Assembly: GCA_044222185.1 (NCBI GenBank)
Contig: JBGANV010000003.1
Span: forward strand, 672,001 to 736,000
DNA from: Planctomycetota bacterium
GTDB taxonomy: Bacteria; Planctomycetota; GCA-002687715; CAIWVZ01
DNA length: 64,000 bases
Direction: 5' to 3'
Shown here: piece after piece, positions 28,877 through 39,235 of the stretch
How positions within the stretch are numbered: position 1 is the first letter of the stretch
How the letters are laid out: each line of letters starts with the position of its first letter
The notes under the pieces: model-generated
Told to the model about the DNA's origin: nothing
Database searches by the model: none
The model's input: the letters and a program-made list of their open reading frames with translations, nothing else
Translations under genes and position numbers: made by a program

Positions 28877-30979
28877 ATGCGGAATCTCGCTGCGTCCTCC
28901 GTCGTCTCCCTCTCCCTGCTCGCAACGTCGCTCGTTGCGCAAGCCTCCGTCGGCCCCGACGTCACCGTCAGCAGCCTGACCGACGTCGGAGGCTACGGGC
29001 AGAACGCGGCCAACACGATCAGCGCGTTCGCCGTCGGTACGGTCGCGTGCAACGTCGGCACGCAGCCCGTCACCTGGATCGCCGGCAACAACCAGCATCC
29101 GGTCATCGCCCAGAACATGTACATGTACGCCAACGGGCGGTTCCGCCAGATCGGGATGTCCTGGCTCAAGCACGCGTTCTCCTCGACGAACAGCGGCGGG
29201 TGTGGCACCTGCATCCAGCCTCCGAACGGCGGGGCGCAGCTCGGGGTCGGATGCTCCGACGCGTACGGTTCGGGCCTGAACGGCAACCAAGGCGGACTGG
29301 GACCGCGCAGCGAGGTGAACGCCACGACGGGCGTCTACACGTTCCCTCACCTGATTCCGGCAGGTGATCCGACGATCGCCGGCCGCCTTCAGGTCGCGAA
29401 CGCCGACCTCGGCAACGCCGCCGCTCAGTACTTCGTCGAGGCCGAGTACATCACGGCCGATGACGCCTTCGCCGGAAACGCCACCAACAACGCCACGTGG
29501 CAGAGGATCAACACTCCGGCGGTTGGGGCACCGAACGCGAGCTTCAACGGCGCCGTCCATGCGCAGCAGCCCGCGATCTACGCCTGGCAGGCGATCGACC
29601 CCGCGGTCGTCATCACGACCTACGACATCGACGGCCGCTTCTTCATCGGCAAGCGCGCCACCCCGCTCGGCGGCGGCAACTACCACTGGGAGGTCGCCGT
29701 CCAGAACTTGAACTCCGATCGCTCGGGTGGCGGGTTCACGGTCAACTTCGCCCCGGGAACGCTCATCACGAACGCTGGCTTCCGCTCGATTCCGTACCAC
29801 AGCGGCGGGCCCTACGCGAACACGCCGTGGGCCATCACCATCACCGGGAGCTCGATCCACTGGGAGTGCCCGCACACGTCGCGCTACGAGAACGCGCTGC
29901 GCTGGGGCACGATGGACAACTTCTGGTTCGACGCCACCGCCGCGTCCGACGTCTCTGAGGTCATCGATCCGTTCAAGCCCACGACCGCGTGCCCGGCCGA
30001 TCCCAGCGCCGTGACACCGCAGACCTACGTCCTCAACGCCGCGGCGCCGTTCGACAACCCACTGCTCACCTCGCCGAGCAACGCAACGATCGGTGATGAC
30101 GTCTCGACGCTCGTGCAGCTCGGTTTCGGGTTCACCTTCTATGGCGCGACCTACACCAACGCCTATGTGTGCTCGAACGGATTCTTGAGCTTCACGTCGA
30201 ACGCGACGACGTACGCCAACACGGGGCTGCCGAACGCCGGCGCTCCCGGCGCGTGCATCTGCGCCTATTGGGATGACCTCTACCAGGCGCCGGGCACGAT
30301 CACGTACCAGACCCTCGGCGCGGCGCCGAATCGCAGGTTCGTCGCGTTCTGGAACGGGGTCGGGCACTACGGCAACACGAGCCTGATCGAGAGCTTCAAG
30401 GTCATCCTCGACGAGACCACGAACAGGATCACGACCTCGATCATCTCCTCCATGGACGGCGGCGCGAGCGCGACGCGCGGGATCCAGAACCCCACCGGAT
30501 CGGCCGGCATTCAAGCGTCCTTCAACGCAGCGGGATCGGCGCTCGCGGGCACCTCTCAGACCTACACGCCCGCCCTCGCCATCCCGCCCTCGGCGGCCCT
30601 GACGGTGACGGGCAGCACGGGCCCGAACGGCGTCCTGACGTGGTCGATCAACGCGAACGCCGGAGGGCCTGTGATCCTGGTCGCCACGCTCGATCCAGGA
30701 CCGGTGAACCTGGGAGCGCTCGGCCTCCTCAACGTCGGGCTCACGCCGGGGCAGTACTACGTCGTCGCCGATGGCACGGGCGCGTTCCAGGCGGCCAATC
30801 CTGGAGCTGCCACCGATTGGTGGTGCGGCGATTACTCGATCTCGGTGCCCCTCGGCCCCGGCGGGCTTCCGCCCGGTCTCACGATCTTCAACCAGGGCGT
30901 CGTGATCACGCCGTCGAGCCTCCCGCCGCCTCCGAACGGCCAGTTCCACATCACGAGCGCGGTGACGATCAACACGTGA
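28877..30979 (+). CDS. Secreted protein: planctomycete-type N-terminal domain, nidogen-like domain, shared C-terminal domain
   Basis: Signal peptide ending LVA-Q; GPDVTV...AFAVGTVACNVG...HPVIAQNMY...IGMSWLKH, NALRWGT; GDD...LGFGFTFYGATYTNAYVCSNGFLSF...YWDDL; C-terminus LPPGLTIFNQGVVI...HITSAVTINT. Confidence 0.75.
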   Translation: MRNLAASSVVSLSLLATSLVAQASVGPDVTVSSLTDVGGYGQNAANTISAFAVGTVACNVGTQPVTWIAGNNQHPVIAQNMYMYANGRFRQIGMSWLKHAFSSTNSGGCGTCIQPPNGGAQLGVGCSDAYGSGLNGNQGGLGPRSEVNATTGVYTFPHLIPAGDPTIAGRLQVANADLGNAAAQYFVEAEYITADDAFAGNATNNATWQRINTPAVGAPNASFNGAVHAQQPAIYAWQAIDPAVVITTYDIDGRFFIGKRATPLGGGNYHWEVAVQNLNSDRSGGGFTVNFAPGTLITNAGFRSIPYHSGGPYANTPWAITITGSSIHWECPHTSRYENALRWGTMDNFWFDATAASDVSEVIDPFKPTTACPADPSAVTPQTYVLNAAAPFDNPLLTSPSNATIGDDVSTLVQLGFGFTFYGATYTNAYVCSNGFLSFTSNATTYANTGLPNAGAPGACICAYWDDLYQAPGTITYQTLGAAPNRRFVAFWNGVGHYGNTSLIESFKVILDETTNRITTSIISSMDGGASATRGIQNPTGSAGIQASFNAAGSALAGTSQTYTPALAIPPSAALTVTGSTGPNGVLTWSINANAGGPVILVATLDPGPVNLGALGLLNVGLTPGQYYVVADGTGAFQAANPGAATDWWCGDYSISVPLGPGGLPPGLTIFNQGVVITPSSLPPPPNGQFHITSAVTINT

Positions 30980-31031
30980 ACCGGGGCGAGGCTGGCGCGG
31001 CTACGACGACGCATGTGCGTCGGGCGACGCG

Positions 31032-32912
31032 TCAGCGTCGCTGAAGACGGGCGTCGACTTCCGACTGGGTCGGCGCCCGCAGGTTCAGCGTCGGCGGGGG
31101 TTGCCCCTCGGTGCAGGTCACCGAGCCCTCGATACCGAGGCCAAACCGCGTGCGCGGTGACGGCGTCGCCGCCAACGGCGTGCTGGGGCGGATCTGGAGC
31201 AACATCTCGGCCCGGTACGTCCCGAACGCCGGAAGCCAGGCGAGCGCCGAGCCGTCGGGCGCAACGGCGGCCTCGGCGCTGCCGCCCTCACCATGGAGTC
31301 GCACGAGGAGTCGTGCACGACCGCGGAGCTCGGGCAGCGGTCCGGCCAGGCAGATCGCGACCGGGATGCCGCGCGGCACCACGACCTCCCGATCCGACGT
31401 GACGCCGTCGACGGTCAGCACCCGCCCGTTGCCGTACGCGATCCACACGGTCACGCCCGCATCGGTCGTCGGCACGAGGCATCGACCGCGAAGCTGGCGA
31501 ACTCCATCGGTGGAATCGGCAACGGCCCAGTCCGAGCGACACTCGGTGACGCACGCGAACTCGTCCACGGGATGACCTTCGTCGTCGACCACGGAGATCG
31601 ATGCGAGGCGGATCCGTCCCCGCAGATCGAGTCCGACGAGGCGTGGGTCATCCACATGCCCGTCGTCGCCGACGAGCACGTCGTCGATCCGCAGCGCTTC
31701 GGCGCCCGATCGCCCCAGCCGAAACCTGAGCGTCCCCACTCCGGGTGCGACCGTGGCCGAAAGCGCGACGTGATCCTGAAATGGATCGACCGGAATGCGG
31801 ACGCTGGTTCCGGCAGTGTCGCTGGGGATCCAGTCGGCCGCGACGAGCGGCGCCGCCCACGGGTCGGTGCGAACCGACAGCGAGATCCCGCGAGTTCGCC
31901 GGATCTCGAGTGTCGGCTCGGTGGATGGCTCACGTTCGATCTGAACGTCTCGTCCCTCGAATCCCAGACCGCCGAGGCGGACGTGGAGAAGACTCGACGC
32001 GGTATCGCCGAGGGCGACGAAGACGCCCTCACCGTCCGTCACGACGACCGAACGCGGAGCCAGAGGACAATCCACTCCCGTCAGGCGCACGAAGACGCCT
32101 TGAGCCATTTGCCCGCGTTCGTCGACGACGCGGCCCGACAGGAGGACCGGCCGCTCGCGCAGCACGACCGTGCCGACATCGCGGCCCTGGGCCCAATCGA
32201 CCCGCGCCACGTCGACGATCCCGAAGCGATCGACCTCGCGCACCATCGGCGGATGCATGGCGTGGTGCCGCAGTTCGAGTTCGATGCGCGCCGGCGGCGC
32301 CTCTCCAGGAGCCAGGACGTCAGCCATGGGAATCACCACGCGCCCCGTGGCGTCGCTGCGGGCGAATTGCGGCCGTGACTCGATCGGGCGATTCGGAGCC
32401 GACGGATCGACGGTGATCGCCACCTCGCAGTCCGCGAGCGGCCGGCGGTCGTCGTCCACGAGCGTTGCGCCGATCGCCGGCGCTGCGTTCTCCCGGGGCA
32501 TGACGACCGCTCGAGAATCGGGCCTCGCCACTTCGATCGTCGTCACGGACGAGAGGGCCGTGTCCACGTCGATGCCCTTCGATACGGAACCGCAGCCGGC
32601 CACCGTGACGCGGATCGCCCCGCGGGCCGGCAACTCGAACGGATCGCCTTCGAGCGGAATCGTGAACACGCCGTCCGCCGTGGGCGGCGGCGCCGTGTCC
32701 GCCCCAGCCGCATTTCGCAGGATGAGTTCGACTCGTGCTGCCGTCACGGGAGCGCCCGCCTGATCGACGAGTCGAACACGAATCACTGGCGTCGTCGGCC
32801 GCATCGTCGCAATCGGAGACTGCGGCACCGCGACGACAGCCCGCGCATGCGCCGTCGCAGCCAGGCCGATCGACACGATGGTGAAGAGCCTCAAAGACGC
32901 CCGAACCATCAT
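31032..32912 (-). CDS. Carboxypeptidase-regulatory-like domain secreted protein
   Basis: Signal peptide; VRLVDQAGAPV, RSDATGRV, LSGRVVDERG, VTDGEGVF. Confidence 0.65.
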   Translation of the reverse strand: MMVRASLRLFTIVSIGLAATAHARAVVAVPQSPIATMRPTTPVIRVRLVDQAGAPVTAARVELILRNAAGADTAPPPTADGVFTIPLEGDPFELPARGAIRVTVAGCGSVSKGIDVDTALSSVTTIEVARPDSRAVVMPRENAAPAIGATLVDDDRRPLADCEVAITVDPSAPNRPIESRPQFARSDATGRVVIPMADVLAPGEAPPARIELELRHHAMHPPMVREVDRFGIVDVARVDWAQGRDVGTVVLRERPVLLSGRVVDERGQMAQGVFVRLTGVDCPLAPRSVVVTDGEGVFVALGDTASSLLHVRLGGLGFEGRDVQIEREPSTEPTLEIRRTRGISLSVRTDPWAAPLVAADWIPSDTAGTSVRIPVDPFQDHVALSATVAPGVGTLRFRLGRSGAEALRIDDVLVGDDGHVDDPRLVGLDLRGRIRLASISVVDDEGHPVDEFACVTECRSDWAVADSTDGVRQLRGRCLVPTTDAGVTVWIAYGNGRVLTVDGVTSDREVVVPRGIPVAICLAGPLPELRGRARLLVRLHGEGGSAEAAVAPDGSALAWLPAFGTYRAEMLLQIRPSTPLAATPSPRTRFGLGIEGSVTCTEGQPPPTLNLRAPTQSEVDARLQRR

Positions 32913-32993
32913 GCGCGAGAGTCTACAGGCAAGCGCGCGCCGCTGTCCAACTCAGGCAACGCGGGGACGCCGGCGGGTCTCCCGCCGCGCCGA

Positions 32994-33410
32994 TCACTCC
33001 GCAGCGCCCTTTCTCGTCGGCTCCACGACGCGGAACGCCTCCTGCTCGGCCGCCTCTGCGAGGCGGTCGTCCAGCGTGACGAATCCAAACGCCTCAGGCC
33101 GATCGCTGACGAGCGTGAGGGCCGCAGCGAGCGGCAATGCGTCTGCGGCACGCCGCCGGCGCACGGCACCGATGTCGGACAGTTCCGTCCAGTCATCAGA
33201 CAGCTGAACCAACGGACGCCGGGCCGCGGTGATGTCCGGCGATCGCAACGCGCCTTCACAGCGTTTCCTGGCGACCGCTGACCACACCTCGACGGACGTC
33301 AGGCCCCAGACCACAACTTCATGGTCGGCTTCGGACTCCTGTTGGACGACCTTGGTCATCGGTTCCCTGACGACCAACGGCACCAACGCCGAGGAATCCC
33401 AGAACCTCAT
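32994..33410 (-). CDS. vapC: PIN-domain toxin VapC (appears to have a short in-frame deletion)
   Basis: MRFWDSSALVPL, VEVWSAVAR, RAADAL, FVTLDDRLAEAAEQEAF. ATGA overlap with the antitoxin. Confidence 0.85.
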   Translation of the reverse strand: MRFWDSSALVPLVVREPMTKVVQQESEADHEVVVWGLTSVEVWSAVARKRCEGALRSPDITAARRPLVQLSDDWTELSDIGAVRRRRAADALPLAAALTLVSDRPEAFGFVTLDDRLAEAAEQEAFRVVEPTRKGAAE

Positions 33411-33712
33411 CGACCACCTCGCCGCTCATCGAGCAACGCATCAAGCGCGCCGGTCGGCTTCGCCCCGGGTGGGCGCCTCTTGGCGATGTCACGGACCCCT
33501 TTCATGGGACCAACACGAACGACACCGGCGCGGCGCAGCTTCTCGAGCCACTCGGGAGTCGTACGCGCACCATCCGTCGCCACGGGCCCGACGGGCACCA
33601 ACCGCGCGACAGGTGTGCGACGATCGAGGATCTCGACGGTCTCGCCGTGCTTCACCGCCTCCAGGAACCCTCGCAGTCTGGCGCGCAGCATCGTCACATT
33701 CGTCGACTTCAC
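33407..33712 (-). CDS. Phd/YefM family antitoxin
   Basis: VKSTNVTMLRARLRGFLEAVKHGETVEILDRRTPVARLVP...ALLDERRGGR, directly upstream of vapC. The 620-aa ORF-track extension is antisense to ada/alkA. Confidence 0.88.
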   Translation of the reverse strand: MKSTNVTMLRARLRGFLEAVKHGETVEILDRRTPVARLVPVGPVATDGARTTPEWLEKLRRAGVVRVGPMKGVRDIAKRRPPGAKPTGALDALLDERRGGR

Positions 33713-33862
33713 GATGGACGCATCGTACGGAATCGGAGCGTACATTCGTGCGGTGGCTTGCCTGACCAAACCACAGACCACCGGCACCATGCCGGCGCAC
33801 GTTCGAATTCCACCGGAGTTCTCCGGAAGCGCGGCGTCCGCCCCCGCTGATACGCTGCGCGC

Positions 33863-35299
33863 GTGTTGAACGATCCTGAACTCCTCTATCGCAAGCTGCT
33901 CGATCGCGATCCCGAAAGCGACGGCACGTTCTACGTCGGCGTGAAGACGACGGGGATCTACTGCCGGCCGACGTGCACGGCGAAGAAGCCGCGGCGCGAG
34001 AACGTGGAGTTCTTCCCGAACGTGACGGACGCGTGTCGCGCCGGCTTCCGCGCCTGCAAGCGGTGCAAGCCTGACGCCTTCGCCGCCGGGTCCGATGCGC
34101 GTGCATCCGAGATGGATGCGCTGGGCGCGGCCCTCGCCGAGCGGCCGCACGAATTCCGCACGTCGGCGCAGATGCGTGCGTTCACGGGTCTGGCAGCGTC
34201 GCAACTGCACGCCTTGGTGCGCGAGCACTGGCACACGACGCCGTCCGAACTCGCGCGGCGTGCCCGGGTACATCGGGCGATGCATCTGTGGCGCGAACGC
34301 CGCCTGCGAGCGAAAGACGCGGCGTTCGCCGTGGGGTTCGAGTCCGCATCCACGTTCCACGCGGCGCTCAAGCGGCTCACGGGACTCACGCCGGCGGCCG
34401 CGGAGAAGCTGGGCGCCGCTCCCAGATTCCGCATCGAGCTCCCGGCGACGCTGTGCGTGCAGGCGATCCTCGACGTGCTGGGGCGCGATCCGTTCGAGGC
34501 GACGGAGCGCGTGCGAGGCTCGATCTGGACCACGGGCACCTGGATCGGCGATCGGCCCGCACGCCTGCGCGTGGAGTTCCGCGCCCGAATGGCGCTCTGC
34601 GAGATCGAATCGGACGAGACGCTCCCCTGGAGCGCCGCCTACGACGCCCAGGCTCTCGTGACGCGCGTCCTCGGATTCGAGCAGGATCCACAGCGGTTCG
34701 AGCGCGACACGATCCGCGGACCCCACCGCGAGCTGATCCGCACGCGCGGCCTCGTGGCGCCCCAAAGCCAGACGACCTTCGACGGCGTCCTGCGCACGAT
34801 CGTCGGCCAGCAGGTGAACCTGAAGTTCGCGGCAGAGCTGCGCCGCGTCATCTGCGAGCTGGCGTCTCCCGAGGTCGGCGATGGACTTCGCGCGCCGCCC
34901 CGTGCCGAGGACGTGGCGAAGCTCGACCTCGGCGATCTCACGTCGCGGAAGTTCTCCGGGGCCAAGGCCCGCTTCGTCGTCGAGGCTGCCCGCCGCTTCG
35001 CGACGCGCGCATTCGACGACGAGGCGTTCACGCGTGTCGGAGCCGTCACCGCGGCCAATCGCCTGCGAAAGATCTCCGGGCTCGGACCGTGGTCCATCGG
35101 GTATCTCCTCTTGCGAACCCGCGGCTTCGTCGACTCGGTGCCCGTGGGTGACTCGTCGCTCGCGAGCGCATTGCAGAAACTCTTCCGTCTGGACACGCGC
35201 CCGGACGGTCCACGCACCTTCGAGCTCCTCGAGCCGTTCCGCCCCTGGCGCGGCCTCGCCACCACGCACCTGTGGAGATACGACCGGGAGGTCCCATGA
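33863..35299 (+). CDS. Ada-type Zn-binding/AraC regulator fused to AlkA DNA-3-methyladenine glycosylase
   Basis: VKTTGIYCRPTC...GFRACKRC Ada Zn site; AFAVGFESASTF AraC HTH; IVGQQV, ISGLGPWS HhH, PVGD, FRPWRG. Confidence 0.92.
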   Translation: MLNDPELLYRKLLDRDPESDGTFYVGVKTTGIYCRPTCTAKKPRRENVEFFPNVTDACRAGFRACKRCKPDAFAAGSDARASEMDALGAALAERPHEFRTSAQMRAFTGLAASQLHALVREHWHTTPSELARRARVHRAMHLWRERRLRAKDAAFAVGFESASTFHAALKRLTGLTPAAAEKLGAAPRFRIELPATLCVQAILDVLGRDPFEATERVRGSIWTTGTWIGDRPARLRVEFRARMALCEIESDETLPWSAAYDAQALVTRVLGFEQDPQRFERDTIRGPHRELIRTRGLVAPQSQTTFDGVLRTIVGQQVNLKFAAELRRVICELASPEVGDGLRAPPRAEDVAKLDLGDLTSRKFSGAKARFVVEAARRFATRAFDDEAFTRVGAVTAANRLRKISGLGPWSIGYLLLRTRGFVDSVPVGDSSLASALQKLFRLDTRPDGPRTFELLEPFRPWRGLATTHLWRYDREVP

Positions 35300-35799
35300 G
35301 CCGTTTTCACAACGTCATCCAGTCCCCCATCGGCCCCATCACGACCGTCGTCGATGCGACGGAAGCGCTGGTCGCGATCTCGTTCGGAGGCGTGGCGCCG
35401 ACGGAGATCGGTGAACACGACGCGCGACGCACCGGCGCCGTGGACGCACAACTGGCCGAGTACTTCGCCGGGCAACGACGCCGCTTCGACCTGCGGTTCG
35501 CCGAGCTCGGCACGCCGTTCCAGCGGCGCGTGTGGGACGCGCTCTGCGAGATCCCCTTCGGCGAAACGCGCAGCTACTTGGACATCGCGCGCCGGATCGG
35601 ATCGCCGGATGCCGTCCGCGCCGTCGGCCAGGCGAACGGCCGCAACCCGCGCGGCATCGTCGTTCCGTGCCACCGGGTCATCGGATCGAACGGCACGCTG
35701 ACGGGCTACGCGGGCGGATTGTCCACGAAGGACGCGCTGCTCCGCTTCGAGCGCACGGGCTCGATCGCCGAGCCGTCGCTCTTCGGAGCGGCGTGCTGA
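35296..35799 (+). CDS. ogt: Methylated-DNA-[protein]-cysteine S-methyltransferase
   Basis: GTPFQRRVW, IPFGETRSY, RAVGQANGRNP, VPCHRVIG, LTGYAGG. ATGA overlap with ada/alkA. Confidence 0.95.
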   Translation: MSRFHNVIQSPIGPITTVVDATEALVAISFGGVAPTEIGEHDARRTGAVDAQLAEYFAGQRRRFDLRFAELGTPFQRRVWDALCEIPFGETRSYLDIARRIGSPDAVRAVGQANGRNPRGIVVPCHRVIGSNGTLTGYAGGLSTKDALLRFERTGSIAEPSLFGAAC

Positions 35800-35809
35800 G
35801 TCGCGGGCC

Positions 35810-38800
35810 TCAGAACGTGCGGACGCGGATCGCGCGCAGATGCACGGACGTGGTGCTGCGTGCGTGGAGCTGGAATCCAAAGACGCCCTCGCGGGCTCCG
35901 TTCTGGTCGTCCATCTCCGACATCACGACGCCGTTCACTTCGACTCGGATTCGCGACCCGCGCGCGTCGACGACGTAGTGGTTCCAGCGATGCAGTCGCA
36001 CCTCGGGCTTCCACAATTCGGGAGGCGCGAGGTGCAGCATGCCGCGTCCGCCCTCCTCGTACAGCGACCCCCAATAGGCCTCGCCCACGTCGGCCTGATA
36101 TCCCATCACGCGGAACCCATCGCGCTTCGACCGGAACTGCAGGCCGCTGTTGCCCTCGTCGAGAAGCACGTCGAACTCGGCGATGAAGTCCCGGTATGAC
36201 TCCTTCGAGACGAGGAACGTGCTCAGCGGCTGCCCGTTCGCGAGGCCGTGGATCGTCGAGCCCTCGATCGTCCACAGGCCCGGCTCGCCATCCCAGCCGT
36301 CGAGCGTCTTCCCGTCGAAGAGCGTGCGCCACTGAGTTGCGGCAGGGAGCGGCGTCGGCTTGCCCGCGTTGAGGAACGCGAAGAGGTCGCCGATCTCCTC
36401 GAGGGTCAGCCCGTCGAGGAGACCCTCGGGCATCACCGACACGGTCGATGGTTTCTCCTCCTCGATCGCCTCGCGCGCAATCTTCGTCCGCTCGCCGGTC
36501 GGAAGCAGGAGTTCGATCCCGGCGTCCGTCCGACCGACGACGAGCCCGGAGACGACTGGGTCGTCCTTCCGGAAGACGTTGATCGGACGGTACTGGTCGG
36601 CGATCGTCCGCGACGGCTCCATGACGGCGACGAGCTGATCGTCGATCGAGAACCGGGCACGCACCGTCGCCAGATCGGGACCGACGGCCGTGCCGATGTC
36701 GCCGATGCGGTGGCACGCGGCACAGGTCCGCTTGAACACGAGCGCGCCTTCGGCGGTCGATCGTCGCTCGGCGGAGAGGGTCCGCCGGAGCATCTTGAGC
36801 GTGAGGTCGAAGTCGCGCTTCGGAGACCCCGCCGCCAGTTCGACACGCAGGCTCGGCGTCGCCGACGCAATGGCTTTGTCCAGCTCCGCCCGCAACTCGG
36901 GGCGGATGTGCGACGCGAAGTCACGACGGATCGCGGCCAGGTGGCCTCCGAAGCTCGCGCCGCCGGACCAGGTCGCGGCTACGGAATGCCACCGGATGAA
37001 CCGGCGCGCCCGCTCGTCGTTCCAGTTGCGATCGAGCAACCGCAGGCAGTAGGCGATGCGGATCTGATCCTCGTGCGACGGCAGCGAATCGAGCATGCCG
37101 AGGAGCGCGTCGATGGCTTGCGGATCACCCTCCGTTCCGAGGGACGACGACCACGCTTCCGCCATGGCGCGCAGTTCAGCCTGTTCGATGACGAGTTCAC
37201 GGCGATCGGGCGAGCGGATCGCCGGTGCGCCGAGTGCGACGCCGATGGCCTTGTCGTGAATCGCCGCGAGTTCCCAGAACCGCAGCCTCTCGGCATCGCT
37301 GGCGACGGTCGCATCCGTGACGGGAGCCTGCCAGAGCGCCACGGTCTCGGTCCACGACTCGGGCGACGACGCTCCACCGATCGACCGGCGAGCGAGCGCG
37401 ATCATGGCTCCGAACTTCTGCCGCTCGGTCCGCCAGCTCCGCGAGGCGGGATTCCATTGGGCCGGGTCGCGCCGTTCCAGTTCGCGGCCCGCGAGGAAGC
37501 GCGTGGCCCGGTCGGCGTCATCGAGCCCGAGGAGGAGCGCCTCGATGGGCGTGGAGCCATCGAAGGGAGCCTTCCAGGGCACGGCTTGCGCCACGGGCGC
37601 CCGCCCCTTCTCGTCGGGTGCGGCCGCGTGGAGGCGGAACAGCGCGCCCCGTGTCCCTCGACCACCGGTCGTGAACAGGACGTCGCCGTTGTCGTCGATC
37701 ACGAGGTCCGTCACGTTCAGCGGACGCCCCGAGAGCAGGACCTCGTGATCGCCGGTGAAGCTCGCGCCCGTCGGTCGGACGAAGAACGCCAGGATGCGCC
37801 CCTGCGCCCAGTCCCCCGCGAGGATCGAACCGCGGAAGCGCTGCGGCACGTTGGGGCCATCCCACGTCGCCATGCCGGTCGGCGATCCGCGGCCCACGTC
37901 GACGACGCTGCCGAGCGAGTCCGGATACCAGTCAGGCCATTTCCCGGACCCGTTGCGCCAGCCGAATTCCGCGCCGGGCATCGCATGGCAGAGCCGCACC
38001 GGGCGATACCAGGGCAAACCGATGTCCCACTCCATGTCCGAGTCGTAGGTGAAGCACGCCCCGTCGGACGTGAACGCGAGGTCGTAGGTGTTGCGGAACC
38101 CGCCCGAGATGATCCGCCACTCCTTGCCCTCGCGATCGACGGAGGCGATGACGCCGCCGGGTGCGAGGATTCCCACGGCATGGCCGTTGGGATCGGGAAG
38201 CGGGGGCACGACGTTTCCTTCGTAGGCGATCCGGTATGGCGAATCCGGGCTGATGGGCCCGGCGATCCGCACGTGGTTTCCGACGGCGACCCAGAGTCGA
38301 TCGTCGGGCCCTTCGACGATGGCATGCGCGCCGTGCTCGCCCATCTCCCCCGTGTAGGCGCCGAGCAGGACGGGCGTGCGCGCCGTGCCCTCGCCGTCGA
38401 CGCGATACAAACCCGGGCCGGCCGGTCCGCGGCCATTGACGAACAGATGGCCCTTCGACCAGCAGAGGCCCTGCGCCGACCACCCGCCGGTGAGCCACGG
38501 CGTCCGAGTTTCGAACACGCCGTCGCGATCGCGGTCCTCGAGGAGGATCACTCCGCCGCGCTCGATCGCCACGAACACGCCGCCGGCATCGTTTCGGCAG
38601 CACGCGATGATCGATCCGATCCCGGAGGCGATCTCCGTCACCGTGTAGCCCGGGGGCGGATCGAAGGCGGGCGGTTCTTGCGGCGGCGCTGCAGCGACCG
38701 AGCCCCACGGCCCGCCGCCGAACTTCGCGATCTCACGCGCCGGAGCCCAGCCGGACTCGTCCGCATCGGTTTCGAGCCAGCGCGGGGTCTCTTTCGATGA

Positions 38801-39235
38801 CGTGAGCCACGCTCGATCACTGACGACGGTGGGTTTGGCATCCGAGTCGAGACGAAGCGCGAACGCCAGCCCCGCGGGTCCGCCGTCGTTCGCCGCCCTG
38901 ACGCAGATCACGTTCCGGCCGGCGCGCAGCTTCCCGGCGACGTCGACCGACGGTGGAGCCATCCAGTCGTCACAGACGACCACGGGCGAGCCGTTGATCC
39001 AGACCTCGCCGCGATTGTCCGCGGCGACGACGAGCATCGCCTTCGTTGGAACGGTCCCGAGATCGAGGGTTCGCCGGAACCAGCAGGCTTCATCGCTCGG
39101 GCGCGTGAGATCCTTCGCCCACGATCCCCAGATCCACTGAGTTCCGTTCAAGGACTGCGCGCGCCCAGAGGTCGCCAGCGACAAACCGAGGAGGGCGATC
39201 TGAACGACGCGGAACGCTTGGGATTTCGGCTTCAC
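35810..39235 (-). CDS. PVC-type multidomain membrane-bound dehydrogenase-like protein with heme c (CxxCH) and DUF1080
   Basis: Signal peptide; galactose-binding-like N-domain (WIW..WFRR..AADN..NDGGPAGL); propeller (GEHGAH, GFRNTYD, DSDMEWDIGLPWYRP, GRGSPTG); CAACH...VGPDL...SVMPEGL; DUF1080 (LFDGKTLDGW, GNSGLQFRS, GYQAD, WNHY). Confidence 0.88.
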   Translation of the reverse strand: MKPKSQAFRVVQIALLGLSLATSGRAQSLNGTQWIWGSWAKDLTRPSDEACWFRRTLDLGTVPTKAMLVVAADNRGEVWINGSPVVVCDDWMAPPSVDVAGKLRAGRNVICVRAANDGGPAGLAFALRLDSDAKPTVVSDRAWLTSSKETPRWLETDADESGWAPAREIAKFGGGPWGSVAAAPPQEPPAFDPPPGYTVTEIASGIGSIIACCRNDAGGVFVAIERGGVILLEDRDRDGVFETRTPWLTGGWSAQGLCWSKGHLFVNGRGPAGPGLYRVDGEGTARTPVLLGAYTGEMGEHGAHAIVEGPDDRLWVAVGNHVRIAGPISPDSPYRIAYEGNVVPPLPDPNGHAVGILAPGGVIASVDREGKEWRIISGGFRNTYDLAFTSDGACFTYDSDMEWDIGLPWYRPVRLCHAMPGAEFGWRNGSGKWPDWYPDSLGSVVDVGRGSPTGMATWDGPNVPQRFRGSILAGDWAQGRILAFFVRPTGASFTGDHEVLLSGRPLNVTDLVIDDNGDVLFTTGGRGTRGALFRLHAAAPDEKGRAPVAQAVPWKAPFDGSTPIEALLLGLDDADRATRFLAGRELERRDPAQWNPASRSWRTERQKFGAMIALARRSIGGASSPESWTETVALWQAPVTDATVASDAERLRFWELAAIHDKAIGVALGAPAIRSPDRRELVIEQAELRAMAEAWSSSLGTEGDPQAIDALLGMLDSLPSHEDQIRIAYCLRLLDRNWNDERARRFIRWHSVAATWSGGASFGGHLAAIRRDFASHIRPELRAELDKAIASATPSLRVELAAGSPKRDFDLTLKMLRRTLSAERRSTAEGALVFKRTCAACHRIGDIGTAVGPDLATVRARFSIDDQLVAVMEPSRTIADQYRPINVFRKDDPVVSGLVVGRTDAGIELLLPTGERTKIAREAIEEEKPSTVSVMPEGLLDGLTLEEIGDLFAFLNAGKPTPLPAATQWRTLFDGKTLDGWDGEPGLWTIEGSTIHGLANGQPLSTFLVSKESYRDFIAEFDVLLDEGNSGLQFRSKRDGFRVMGYQADVGEAYWGSLYEEGGRGMLHLAPPELWKPEVRLHRWNHYVVDARGSRIRVEVNGVVMSEMDDQNGAREGVFGFQLHARSTTSVHLRAIRVRTF

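Noticed and set aside
33713-35269. 620-aa ORF as a large antitoxin fusion
   Set aside because: Only the last ~101 codons are Phd/YefM-like; the rest is antisense to ada/alkA.
36248-38800. Long antisense ORFs (also 4194..5648, 9259..11319, 13251..15767, 28844..30949, 54038..56335, 56287..58878)
   Set aside because: Shadow frames opposite well-supported genes, expected in high-GC DNA; no motifs of their own.
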